Shown: positions 25,695-35,091 of the stretch, piece by piece | Layout of the letters: every line of letters starts with the position of its first letter | How positions within the stretch are numbered: position 1 is the stretch's first letter | Source of the DNA: Anaerolineae bacterium | GTDB lineage: Bacteria; Chloroflexota; Anaerolineae; UBA1429 | NCBI GenBank assembly: GCA_040768605.1 | Contig: JAXGMP010000004.1 | Coordinates: 176,141 to 240,140, forward strand | Direction: 5' to 3' | DNA length: 64,000 nt | Notes under the pieces: generated by a model | The model's database searches: none | What the model saw: only the letters and a program-made list of their open reading frames with translations | What the model was told of the DNA's origin: nothing | Position numbers and translations under genes: made by a program

Positions 25695-26546
25695 ATGAAT
25701 ATACGCAGGCGCATTTTGGTGCTGATGCTGCCGCCGACGGCGCTCCTTCTCGGCTTCTTTATCATCCCCATGATCGCGATGGGCAGCTTCTCCTTCCGGG
25801 CGGGCAGTTTCGGCGCCCAGCGCAACATGTTTTCTCTGGAGTCGTACCGCAACTTTTTGTCCAACACGGCCTACCAGCAACTCCTGATCCGCTCGACGCT
25901 GGTCGCCCTGTGGACCTCGCTGATCTGTGTGCTCTTGTCGTACCCGGTAGCGTATTTCCTGTCCTTCCGGGCCGGTGAGCGGCGCTCCACGCTGCTGACC
26001 TTGCTTCTGGTGCCCGCCTGGACGAGCTTTCTCCTGCGCGTGCTGGCCTGGAAGCTCGTGCTGGGCTCGGAGGGCCTGCTCAGCACCTTCCTGATGACGG
26101 TCGGCGTCCTGGCGGAGCCGCGCCCCGTCCTGTTGTACACCCGGGCGGCCGTCATCGTCACCCTGGTGTACTCCTGGATACCTTTCGTGGCTCTGCCCAT
26201 CTTTGCGGCCTTGGAACGCATGGATCGCAGCCTGCTGGAGGCGGCCGCCGACCTCGGTTGCCCCCCCTGGCAGGCCTTCCTGCGGGTGACCCTGCCACTC
26301 AGCCTGCCGGGCGTGGTGGCGGGGTTCTTTTTCGTCTTTATCCCCACCCTGGGCGAGTGGGTGACGCCGGCCCTGGTGGGCGGCGTGCGCGGCACCATGT
26401 ACGGGAACATCATCCAGGACCAGTTCCGCTCGGCGCTGAACTGGCCGATGGGCGCGGTGATGAGCCTGGTCATGCTGCTCATGATGCTGGTGCTCCTCTT
26501 TATCTTTAGCCGCTTCACCCACGCCCTGCCGCTGGAGGATGTCTGA
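25695..26546 (+). CDS. ABC transporter permease (PotB-like)
   Basis: MetI-like permease with six TM segments. Confidence 0.85.
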   Translation: MNIRRRILVLMLPPTALLLGFFIIPMIAMGSFSFRAGSFGAQRNMFSLESYRNFLSNTAYQQLLIRSTLVALWTSLICVLLSYPVAYFLSFRAGERRSTLLTLLLVPAWTSFLLRVLAWKLVLGSEGLLSTFLMTVGVLAEPRPVLLYTRAAVIVTLVYSWIPFVALPIFAALERMDRSLLEAAADLGCPPWQAFLRVTLPLSLPGVVAGFFFVFIPTLGEWVTPALVGGVRGTMYGNIIQDQFRSALNWPMGAVMSLVMLLMMLVLLFIFSRFTHALPLEDV

Positions 26547-27352
26547 TGAAACGTGGCCGCTCCTTTAACTTTGGCCTCCTGTACTTTGTGCTGCTGGCAG
26601 GCTTTCTGTATCTGCCGATCGCCCTGCTCATCGTCTTTTCCCTGAACAACTCGCCGTTGATGATCTTTCCGCTCAAGGGCCTGACGCTCAAGTGGTACTA
26701 TGCCCTCTGGGATGCCACCGAGCTGCTCAAGGCGGCCCGCAACAGCATCGTTCTGGGGCTGATCACCTCGGCCGTGGCCACGCTCTTGGGCACCATGGCG
26801 GCCATCGGCGTGGTGCGCTTTCGCTTCCGCTGGCGGGGCGCCTTCCTGGCGGTGGCCTCCATGCCGCTGGTGATCCCCTACGTGGTGCTGGCCGTGGCAC
26901 TCTTGATCCTCTTTGGCCTGCTGAACGTGCGCCTGTCGCTCTTTACCGTGGGCGTGGGGCACGTCATCATCTGCCTGCCCTACGTGGTGCTGATCGTGTC
27001 GGCGCGGTTGGCCGGCTTCCCCTCCAGCCTGGAGGAGGCCGCCATGGACCTGGGGGCTACCTATTGGGGCACCCTCCTGCGCGTAACGCTGCCGATCTGC
27101 TTCCCGGCCATCCTGGCGGCGTTCCTGACGTCGTTCACCACCTCGTTTGACGAGTTCGCCGTGTCATTCTTCCTGGCCGGCACCGAGCCGACGCTGCCGG
27201 TCTATCTGTATTCGCAACTGCGCTTTCCGAACCGCCTGCCCATCGTGGTCACCCTGGCGGCCATCGTCATGGTCGGGTCCACCGTGGTGCTGGTGTTGTC
27301 GGAGTGGCTGAGACGTAAGGGCCAACCGACGGCCCGGAGAGGGGTAGTGTGA
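26546..27352 (+). CDS. ABC transporter permease (PotC-like)
   Basis: MetI-like permease. Its start overlaps the upstream stop. Confidence 0.85.
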   Translation: MKRGRSFNFGLLYFVLLAGFLYLPIALLIVFSLNNSPLMIFPLKGLTLKWYYALWDATELLKAARNSIVLGLITSAVATLLGTMAAIGVVRFRFRWRGAFLAVASMPLVIPYVVLAVALLILFGLLNVRLSLFTVGVGHVIICLPYVVLIVSARLAGFPSSLEEAAMDLGATYWGTLLRVTLPICFPAILAAFLTSFTTSFDEFAVSFFLAGTEPTLPVYLYSQLRFPNRLPIVVTLAAIVMVGSTVVLVLSEWLRRKGQPTARRGVV

Positions 27353-28455
27353 CAGGTCTGTCCGTTGAGCTGTGCAACTTGACCAAGATCTTTGCCGGGG
27401 AGCGCGGAGCCAGCCCCGACGTCGCCGCGGTGCGGGGCGTCAACCTGGACGTTCACTCGGGCGAGTTCTTTACCTTCCTGGGGCCCAGTGGCTGCGGCAA
27501 GACCACGACGCTGCGCATGATCGCCGGCTTTGAGGTGCCGACCAGTGGCGAGGTGCACATCGAGGGCCAGCCGATGGCCAACGTGCCCCCCTATCGCCGC
27601 CCGGTGAACTATGTGTTCCAGAACTATGCCCTCTTCCCGCACCTGACCGTGGCGCAGAACGTGGCCTTTGGCCTCTCGGTGCGCCGCGTCGCCAGGGCCG
27701 AGCGCGACCGCCGCGTGCATGAGGCGCTGGACCTGGTGCGCCTGCCCAACGTGGAGAAGCGCAAGCCTGCCCAGCTCTCCGGCGGCCAGCAGCAGCGCGT
27801 GGCGCTGGCCCGCGCCCTGATCAACGAGCCCGCTGTCCTCCTCCTGGATGAGCCCCTCGGCGCGCTGGACCTCAAGCTGCGCAAAGAGATGCAGATCGAG
27901 CTCAAGCACCTGCAGCAGCGGGTGGGCATCACCTTCATCTATGTGACGCACGACCAGGAGGAGGCCCTGACCATCTCGGACCGCATCGCCGTGATGTCGG
28001 ACGGGGTCATCCTCCAGGTGGGCGACCCGATGACGGTGTATGAGAAGCCCTGCTCCCGCTTTGTGGCCGAGTTCATCGGTGAGAGCAACTTTATCCGCGG
28101 GCAGGTGGCCTCGCGCGAGGGGAGCACCATCCAGGTGCTCGTGGGACCGGACCGCGTGTCGGCCGATACGCACGGCACCGACGTGCGCCCCGGGCAACAG
28201 GTGACCCTGACAGTCCGCCCGGAGAAGCTGCAGCTAGTGCGGCCCGACCAGGCCAATGGCGCCACGCTGATGGGCCAGGTGCGCGAGATGGTCTACATCG
28301 GCACGGATACCCGCTTCGTGGTGGGCCTGCCCACCGGTGAGATGGTCGTGGCCCGCGTGCAGAACCACGGCGGCCACGCCATGGGCCATTTCCACGTGGG
28401 TGACCCGGTCAAACTGGTGTGGGACGTCGAGGACGTCCGCCCTCTGACCGACTGA
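27349..28455 (+). CDS. ABC transporter ATP-binding protein (PotA-like)
   Basis: [35 protein letters not shown]. 4-nt overlap with the upstream permease gene. Confidence 0.9.
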   Translation: MTGLSVELCNLTKIFAGERGASPDVAAVRGVNLDVHSGEFFTFLGPSGCGKTTTLRMIAGFEVPTSGEVHIEGQPMANVPPYRRPVNYVFQNYALFPHLTVAQNVAFGLSVRRVARAERDRRVHEALDLVRLPNVEKRKPAQLSGGQQQRVALARALINEPAVLLLDEPLGALDLKLRKEMQIELKHLQQRVGITFIYVTHDQEEALTISDRIAVMSDGVILQVGDPMTVYEKPCSRFVAEFIGESNFIRGQVASREGSTIQVLVGPDRVSADTHGTDVRPGQQVTLTVRPEKLQLVRPDQANGATLMGQVREMVYIGTDTRFVVGLPTGEMVVARVQNHGGHAMGHFHVGDPVKLVWDVEDVRPLTD

Positions 28456-28539
28456 GCGCGCCGGTTGATCGGGCGATGCAAGGACCTCCCGCGGGCCACA
28501 CGGCCCGCGGGAGGTCTCTGTTCGCGGCCGGGGCGGCGC

Positions 28540-31098
28540 CTAGCGCCGCAGGACGGGCAGCCAGGCCGTCCAGGTAGACCGCGTGATGTCGATAGTGTGC
28601 ACCGTGGAGACGCTGCCGCCCGTGTTCCCCGCTGTAACGAAGATAACCCGAGGGCCAGCGTCCGCCCACACGTAGGTCGCCGTGGCGCTGCCCTGCCCCG
28701 CCTGCGGCTCTGGCCACCACATGTAGGTCACCGACGGCGCGGTGCTCGCCGGCACCACCGCCGCGGTAAAGGTGTAGGGTACATCGACCTGCCCCTCGGC
28801 CGGGCCGGAGATGGTCACATCGCTCGGGGGGAACTCTTCCGGGACGCAGGCGACCCCCGCGGACCAGGGGCTCGTCACGGTGTTCTGTTGCGTGCCGTGG
28901 GCGCTGGTCACCGTGCGCACGGCCAGGTAGAGGGAGACCCCTGGCTCCAGGCCGTCGAGCGCGGCCCCGTCGGCCGTTTTGCTCGTCGTGGTCACGGCCA
29001 CGGTATAGTCGCCGTCGGGCGCCGTGGCCACGCCAACCTCGTAGTAGCCGGCATCGGCCGTGTAAGGGGTGGGCGTCCAGGTGAGGGTGGCCCCTCCGCT
29101 AGCGGGCGTGGCCGCCAGCCCGGTCGGCGCGATAGTCTGCGTCGTGGCCCAGTCGGGGTCCCTGCTGTTCAGGAAGGTGCGCACGGCCGCGTCCGCCGCG
29201 GAAAGGGCGTTGCAGCCGAGGTCCACCACGTAGGTGTTCAGGTCCTCGGATGACAGCGGTGCCCCCAGCAGCGCGCACCCGGTGATCGTCGCGGGCACCT
29301 GGCCCGCCAGGGCGTTGCGGGCCAGGTTGAGGGTGCGCAGGTCGTCAAGGTCGCCGATCTCCGCAGGGATCGCGCCGTGCAGCCGGTTACCGGCCAGGTC
29401 GAGGACCTGCAGGCTGCCGAGGCCGCCCACCCAGGTGGGGATCTCGCCGCTCAGCAGGTTATCGGCCAGGAGCAGGCGCTCCAGGCTCGCCAGGGTGCTG
29501 ATCCCGTCGGGGATGGGGCCGCTCAGGCGGTTCCGGCTGAGGTCCAGGCTGGCCAGGTTCGTCAGGTTGCCGATCTGGGCGGGAATGGGCCCCTCCAGTA
29601 GGTTGTCGGCCAGTTCGAGGTAGCCCAAGCCGGCAAAGCCGCCCATCCAGGTGGGGATCCCGCCGGTCAGGCGGTTATCGGCCAACAGCAGGCGCTGCAG
29701 GCTGGCCAGGGCAGCGATCTCGTCGGGGATGGGGCCGCTCAGGCGGTTCCGGCTGAGGTCCAGCCGGATCAGTTTCGTCAGGCTGCCGATCTGGGTGGGA
29801 ATGGGGCCGTCCAGTAGGTTGTCGGCCAGGTTCAGCACCCTCAGTTCGGCCAGCGCGCCGATCCCAGTCGGCAGCGGGCTGCTCAGCTGGTTATCGCTCA
29901 GGTCCAGCACACTGAGGTTGCTCAGGCTGCCGATCTGGGGCGGGAGGGGCCCGCTCAGCTGGTTGCCCAACAGGTACAGGCTCATCAGGTCGGTGAGGCC
30001 GCCGATCTCTGGGGGGATGGCGCCAGTCAGGCAGTTGTCGCTCAGGTCCAGCGTATAGAGACTCGTCAGGCTACCGATCTGGGCGGGGATGGAGCCGCTG
30101 AGCTGGTTCTGCCCCAGGGTCAGGTATATCAACCTGCTGCCCAGGCCGCCGATCTCCCCGGGAATGGGGCCGCTCAGCAGGTTGCCTGCCAAGTACAGGT
30201 TCATCAGGTTGGTGAGGCCGCCGATCTCTGGGGGGATGGCGCCAGTCAGGCGGTTGTGGCTCAGGTCCAGCGTGCAGAGACTCGTCAGGCTACCGATCTG
30301 GGCGGGGATGGAGCCGCTGAGCTGGTTCTGCCCCAGGTACAGGTACATCAGGCTGCTGGCCAGGCCGCCGATCTCCGCGGGAATGGGGCCGCTCAGCTGG
30401 TTGTTGGTGATGCCCAGGGTGATCAGATTGACCAGCCCGCCGATCTGCGGGGGGATGGGGCCGCTCAGCGCGTTGCCGTTCAGGACGAGCTTTTCCAGGT
30501 TCGTGAGGCTGCTGAGCCCGGCGGGGATGGCGCCGGTGTACTTGTTTGCGGCGAGATCGAGAGTGGTCAGGGACGTGATATTGCCGAGCCAGGGAGGGAT
30601 CTCGCCGGTCAGCGCGTTCCCCGACACCTGCAGGGTGCGCAGCCCGGTGAGGGCGGATAGCTCTATAGGAATGCTGCTGAACGCGTTATAGTCCAGCTGC
30701 AGGGTTTGCAGGTTTGTGAGGTTGCCCAAGGCCGCGGGGATCGCGCCAACCAGCTGATTCCCCACCAGGGATAAACTGGTGAGCTGGGTGAGGTCGCCAA
30801 CACTGCTCAATAGCGGGCCCTGTAGGCCCCGGTAGTTCAGGCTGAGCTGCGTGACGTGGCCCACCTGGCAGTACACGCCGGAGAGGGAGCAGGGGGTATC
30901 GGTCGGCAACGTCCACGGGTTCGTCCACTGGGATCCGGCGTTGGTGTAGTACAGGTTTTCTAGTGCTAGGTACTCTGTAGGCGGGATCTGCGTTTGCTCG
31001 GCACGCAGGGGGGCCAGCCCCGCAAGGTGTGGCGCCAAGAGCAGGACGACGGCCAGGCAAGACACCATGCGGATAAGGCGGGGAGCAGGATGCGACAT
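28540..31098 (-). CDS. secreted plant-type leucine-rich-repeat protein with C-terminal FN3-like and PKD-like domains
   Basis: Signal peptide. N-cap EYLALENLYYTNAGSQWTNPWTL..PC..SGVYC. More than 20 repeats of about 24 aa fitting LxxLxxLxLxxNxLSGxIPxxIGxL. Beta-rich C-terminus. Confidence 0.85.
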   Translation of the reverse strand: MSHPAPRLIRMVSCLAVVLLLAPHLAGLAPLRAEQTQIPPTEYLALENLYYTNAGSQWTNPWTLPTDTPCSLSGVYCQVGHVTQLSLNYRGLQGPLLSSVGDLTQLTSLSLVGNQLVGAIPAALGNLTNLQTLQLDYNAFSSIPIELSALTGLRTLQVSGNALTGEIPPWLGNITSLTTLDLAANKYTGAIPAGLSSLTNLEKLVLNGNALSGPIPPQIGGLVNLITLGITNNQLSGPIPAEIGGLASSLMYLYLGQNQLSGSIPAQIGSLTSLCTLDLSHNRLTGAIPPEIGGLTNLMNLYLAGNLLSGPIPGEIGGLGSRLIYLTLGQNQLSGSIPAQIGSLTSLYTLDLSDNCLTGAIPPEIGGLTDLMSLYLLGNQLSGPLPPQIGSLSNLSVLDLSDNQLSSPLPTGIGALAELRVLNLADNLLDGPIPTQIGSLTKLIRLDLSRNRLSGPIPDEIAALASLQRLLLADNRLTGGIPTWMGGFAGLGYLELADNLLEGPIPAQIGNLTNLASLDLSRNRLSGPIPDGISTLASLERLLLADNLLSGEIPTWVGGLGSLQVLDLAGNRLHGAIPAEIGDLDDLRTLNLARNALAGQVPATITGCALLGAPLSSEDLNTYVVDLGCNALSAADAAVRTFLNSRDPDWATTQTIAPTGLAATPASGGATLTWTPTPYTADAGYYEVGVATAPDGDYTVAVTTTSKTADGAALDGLEPGVSLYLAVRTVTSAHGTQQNTVTSPWSAGVACVPEEFPPSDVTISGPAEGQVDVPYTFTAAVVPASTAPSVTYMWWPEPQAGQGSATATYVWADAGPRVIFVTAGNTGGSVSTVHTIDITRSTWTAWLPVLRR

Positions 31099-31405
31099 TA
31101 CGGACCTCCGGCGTACTGGCAGCGATAACGGTTCGATGGTCGTAGAGAGACGGGCTGGGCGCGTGCTGTGTGCCGGCCTCGCGCCGGCCCGAGAGTGTTG
31201 CGACTTGCCCTCCTTGTGATGCTACCGAGGCCCGCCGGGGCGGGGGCGCACGAAGAACGGCCGGACGGCCCGCAGGCAGGCCGCCGGCGCACGGGACGAT
31301 CTTCTGGCCGAGGGGGCGGTCACCGGACAGTGGGGCCCCTGGCTGCGCCAAGTGCGCTACGCTCCGGTCCACACAAGGCGCTTGCGCACCAGGGGTTCGT
31401 GGGGA

Positions 31406-31447
31406 GCAGATGCCGACCTGAGGTCGGAAGATGCCGACCCGGGGTCG
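31406..31447. repeat. two tandem 21-nt hairpin units (GCAGATGCCGACCTGAGGTCG / GAAGATGCCGACCCGGGGTCG)
   Basis: Read directly. 16 of 21 positions are identical to the coding 21-mer at 57210-57272, including the GAAGATGCC head. Confidence 0.8.
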
Positions 31448-31527
31448 GCCCGCGATGGACGACACGCTCCCAAGGCGGGCGAGCCGTACCCGAGCGTTCC
31501 CGCGCACCCTGCTGCGCGGGATGCGGA

Positions 31528-31555
31528 ATATTACTGCTGGGTTGGGGCGTGTCAA
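31528..31555 (-). promoter_or_regulatory. sigma-70-like promoter for the downstream LRR gene
   Basis: Minus strand reads TTGACA (31555-31550), a 16-nt spacer and TAATAT (31533-31528). It lies just after the hairpin that follows the upstream LRR gene. Confidence 0.5.
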
Positions 31556-31592
31556 GCGGGGGGGGCCAGGGCCGGCCCCCCGCTGGGGCGGG

Positions 31593-33587
31593 CTAGCTGC
31601 GCAGCAGAGGAATGAGCAGCGTGCGATGGTCCGGCGGGGCCGGCTGGGCGAACAGGGCGAACTCCCCGAGGCGGCAGACCGCTACCTGCAGGCGGTTGGC
31701 GCCCGGTTCCCGCAGGTAGGCGGAGGCGGGCGCGCAGGTGGTGGCCGCGTCGACCCAGCCGCCGTCGTCGCGGGCCAGTAGGCGCAGGGTGTCCTCGAGC
31801 AGGCCGGCCACTTCGCCGTCAGAGTAGGTCAGGGCGATCACGGCGGGGAGCCCGAGCGGCACCGTCACCACGTGCCCGAGGCGGTAGGCCGACAGGGCAA
31901 AGGCGCGCCCGGCATAGCGCCAGCCGGCGGGCGGGTCGGTCGGCGCGCCGAGCGGCGTGTAGAGCAGGGTAAAGGTCTCGGTCACCGCGTCCGGCGGGAT
32001 GGTGATGGTGATGCTGCGCCCGCCAGGGCTCGGCAGGGTCAGCGTGCCGCCGGCGCCGGGCGTCACCGCGACGGCCCCCACCTCGAGGGCCAGGAAGGAG
32101 TGCGTGGCCGTCACCGTCTCGCCCGAGCCGACCACCGCCACGGAGACCGTCTTGGGGCCGGTCGTCTCCCACTGGTAGCGGGCGGTGGCCGTCCCCTGGC
32201 CCGTGGTGGGCGCGGGAGACCAGGTGTAGGTCAGCGGTGGCGTGGCGTTGGGCGGGCTCACCGTGGCGGTGAAGGGATAGGTCTGCCCAAGCCCCCCTTC
32301 TGTAGGGCCGGCGATGGCCACCGAAGCGGGCGGGACGGTCACCACGGTGGGAGTGCAGGGCACCTCCGCAGAGAAGGGGCTGACCAGTTCGCTCTGCTGG
32401 ACGTCGTGCGCCGCGGTTACCGTGCGGACGGCGACATAGTAGGTGGTGCCGGGCGTCAGCCCGCCGATCCAGGCACTGGTCGCATGCTTGTCGGCCGTCA
32501 TGTGTCGGACCTCATAGGCCCCGCCCGGTACGGTCGAGACGCCGACCTCGTAGCCGCCCGTGTCGCCGGTGTAGGGGATAGCCGTCCAAGCAAGCGCCAC
32601 GCCGCCTAGGCCCGCGGTGGCCTGCAGGCCGGACGGCGGCACGGTCTGGGTGTTCTCCCAGCCGGGGGCCTTGGCGGCCAGGAAGGCCGTCGGGGAGGAC
32701 GCGTCGGCCCACAGCATATTGTACCCCAACGTGAGCGTTGTGAGGGCCGTCAGGTTGGCCAGGTTCGCCGGGATGGCGCCGCTCAGCCTGTTGGCGTGCA
32801 GCGTCAGGGCCTTCAGGTGGATCAGGGTGCCCAACGCGGACGGGATCGGCCCCTCGAGGCAGTTCCTATCCAGGCGCAGGTTGGCCAGGCTCGTGGCGCT
32901 GGCCAGGCTGCTGGGGATGCCGCCGTCGAGGGCGTTGCCGCTCAGGTCGAGCTCCTCCAGGGCGGTGAGGTTGCCGATGGCACTCGGGATGGGGCCCGTC
33001 AGTTCGCAGGAATCCAGAAAGAGCTCGGTCAGGTTCGTGAGCTGAAATAACTCGCTCGGGATGGTTCCACGCCAGGGGTTGGTGCACAGGTCGAGCCTGG
33101 TGAGGTTGGTGAGCGTGCCCAGCCAGGCAGGAAGGTTGCCGCTGAGGAGGTTCTGGTCGACGTTGAGGTCCTCGAGCGCGACCAGGTTCGCCATCTCATC
33201 GGGCAGCCCGCCGGTGAGCTGGTTGTCGGAGAGGTTCAGGTAGTTGAGGCCCGTGAGGGCGCCGATCTCTGGCGGGATAGAGCCCTTCAGCACGTTCGAG
33301 GGCAGGTCCAGCCGGGTGACGTGGCGCGGCTCACCGCTCTCCGGCTCGCAGTGCACCCCGTACATGTCGCAAGGGGTATCGTCCAGGGTCCAGGTGGTGG
33401 TCCAGTAGGGCCCGTTCGTGGCGTTGTACAGCGCGACGAGGGCCTCGTACTCGGCGGCCGGGATCTCGGTCTGCTCGGCACGGGCAGGTGGGGTCGTGGG
33501 CCAGGCGCCGCAGAGCGAGGCGCACATCACGAGCGCCAGGGCCAGGCTGGCGGCGCTCCGCATCGGGGGCCTTGCGCGACGGGGCAT
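31593..33587 (-). CDS. secreted plant-type leucine-rich-repeat protein (paralog) with FN3-like and PKD-like domains
   Basis: ATG at 33587 (MPRRARPPMRSAASLALALVMC) is preceded by GGAGGT. N-cap EYEALVALYNATNGPYWTTTWTLDDTPCDMYGVHC. About 9 LRRs. Same C-terminal domain order as 28540-31098. Confidence 0.85.
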   Translation of the reverse strand: MPRRARPPMRSAASLALALVMCASLCGAWPTTPPARAEQTEIPAAEYEALVALYNATNGPYWTTTWTLDDTPCDMYGVHCEPESGEPRHVTRLDLPSNVLKGSIPPEIGALTGLNYLNLSDNQLTGGLPDEMANLVALEDLNVDQNLLSGNLPAWLGTLTNLTRLDLCTNPWRGTIPSELFQLTNLTELFLDSCELTGPIPSAIGNLTALEELDLSGNALDGGIPSSLASATSLANLRLDRNCLEGPIPSALGTLIHLKALTLHANRLSGAIPANLANLTALTTLTLGYNMLWADASSPTAFLAAKAPGWENTQTVPPSGLQATAGLGGVALAWTAIPYTGDTGGYEVGVSTVPGGAYEVRHMTADKHATSAWIGGLTPGTTYYVAVRTVTAAHDVQQSELVSPFSAEVPCTPTVVTVPPASVAIAGPTEGGLGQTYPFTATVSPPNATPPLTYTWSPAPTTGQGTATARYQWETTGPKTVSVAVVGSGETVTATHSFLALEVGAVAVTPGAGGTLTLPSPGGRSITITIPPDAVTETFTLLYTPLGAPTDPPAGWRYAGRAFALSAYRLGHVVTVPLGLPAVIALTYSDGEVAGLLEDTLRLLARDDGGWVDAATTCAPASAYLREPGANRLQVAVCRLGEFALFAQPAPPDHRTLLIPLLRS

Positions 33588-33942
33588 AGGGGGTACCTCC
33601 GCAGTGCTCGCAGGACGGCTCTTCCCAAAGGACGACGCACACACCCAGGGCGAGGCGGGCCTGACGGAGAATGGGTTCGCCGAGATCAGGGCCGCCCCCC
33701 AACGCGGCCCCGTCCCTACGGAGGTGGGGAAGCACGTTCCGCCACGGGCGCGGCGTGAACGGTCCATTCCGCTGGAGCACTGGCTGGTACCGACGGCAGA
33801 GGCGGGCAAGGAGAGAGGGGATGAAGGCTGCCATCGTGCCAGGCGCGACATGACCCACCGCGTACAAGCTCGAGACACCCGTTGCCAGGCATCATACGTC
33901 CCGCGGGGCGCTATGTCAACAGGTTGGCGCAGCCGGCCCCGC

Positions 33943-35076
33943 CTACCCCAGCAGGCGCTGGCCGCCGGTGTAGTGGGCCACGGCGTCCCAGTCCAACTGC
34001 ACCCCCAGGCCCGGCCCGCTGGGGATGGCCAGGTAGCCCGCGGCGTCCAGCCGCCAGGGGCGCGCCACGATGGCGTCGATGTAGGGCGAGCCGGTGATGT
34101 ACTCCACCAGGTCCGTGTGCGGGAAGGCCGCGGCCAGCTGCAGGTCCGCCGCCAGGCCCAGGGCCGTGTTCCAGCCGTGGGGGATAAAGCGCACGCCGTG
34201 CTCCGCGGCCATCCAGGCGATGCGCCGCTCCTCCGAGATGCCGCCCACCTTGGTCACGTCGGGCTGGACGATGTCGAGCGCGCCCGCCTCCAGCCAGGGC
34301 TGGAAGGCCTGCCGCCGGGTGAGCACCTCGCCCCCGGCGATCGGCAGCCGCGCCGCGCGGCGCAGCAGGGCATAGTCAGAGAGGGCGTCGGGCGGCAGGG
34401 GCTCCTCGAACCAGGCCACCTCGTAGGCGGCCAGCATGTCGGCCGTGCGCATCGCCCACTGGTAGCCGTGCGGCCAGAAGGCGTCCGACCCGCCGGCGTC
34501 GACCATCAGGAGCGCCTCGGCGCCGACCGCCTCGCGCGCGGCGCGGACGATGGCCTCGTCCAGCTCTTTCGACACGCGCCCAAACGGCCCCCAGCCCATC
34601 TTGAAGGCGGCAAAGCCCTGCGCCTGGTAAGAGAGGAGCACCTCGGCCAGGGCGGCCGGCTCCTGCATCAGGAGCGAGGCGTACGGCCGGACGCGCTCGC
34701 GATAGCAGCCGCCCAGCAGCCTGCCCACCGGCTGCCCGGTGACCTGGCCCCACAGGTCCCACAGGGCGATGTCGATGCCCGAGATGGTGTGGGTGAGCGT
34801 GCCGCCGCGCCCCAGCCAGAAGGTGTTCTGGTGCAGCACCTCGCTGAGGCGCTCGGGGCTGAAGGGGTCCGCCCCGAGGTAGAGCGGGGCCATCTCCTGC
34901 AGGGCGGCGCGGACGAGCGCTTCCCCGGCGAACACCGAGCCGACGCCGGTGGCCCCCTCATCGGTGAGGACGGCGACCAGCGTATGCACGCAATCCTCCG
35001 GGCGGAGCTCGTGGCTCCAGCCTCCCTCGGGGGTGCTGCCGCGCAGGCCGGCAGCGCGAATCTCACGGATCTTCAC
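33943..35076 (-). CDS. enolase-superfamily enzyme (mandelate racemase/muconate lactonizing family)
   Basis: About 377 aa with the typical capping-domain plus barrel layout (MKIREIRAAGL...FKMGWGP...MVDAGG...WFEEPLPPD). Confidence 0.75.
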   Translation of the reverse strand: MKIREIRAAGLRGSTPEGGWSHELRPEDCVHTLVAVLTDEGATGVGSVFAGEALVRAALQEMAPLYLGADPFSPERLSEVLHQNTFWLGRGGTLTHTISGIDIALWDLWGQVTGQPVGRLLGGCYRERVRPYASLLMQEPAALAEVLLSYQAQGFAAFKMGWGPFGRVSKELDEAIVRAAREAVGAEALLMVDAGGSDAFWPHGYQWAMRTADMLAAYEVAWFEEPLPPDALSDYALLRRAARLPIAGGEVLTRRQAFQPWLEAGALDIVQPDVTKVGGISEERRIAWMAAEHGVRFIPHGWNTALGLAADLQLAAAFPHTDLVEYITGSPYIDAIVARPWRLDAAGYLAIPSGPGLGVQLDWDAVAHYTGGQRLLG

Positions 35077-35091
35077 GGCGCATCCTCCCCG

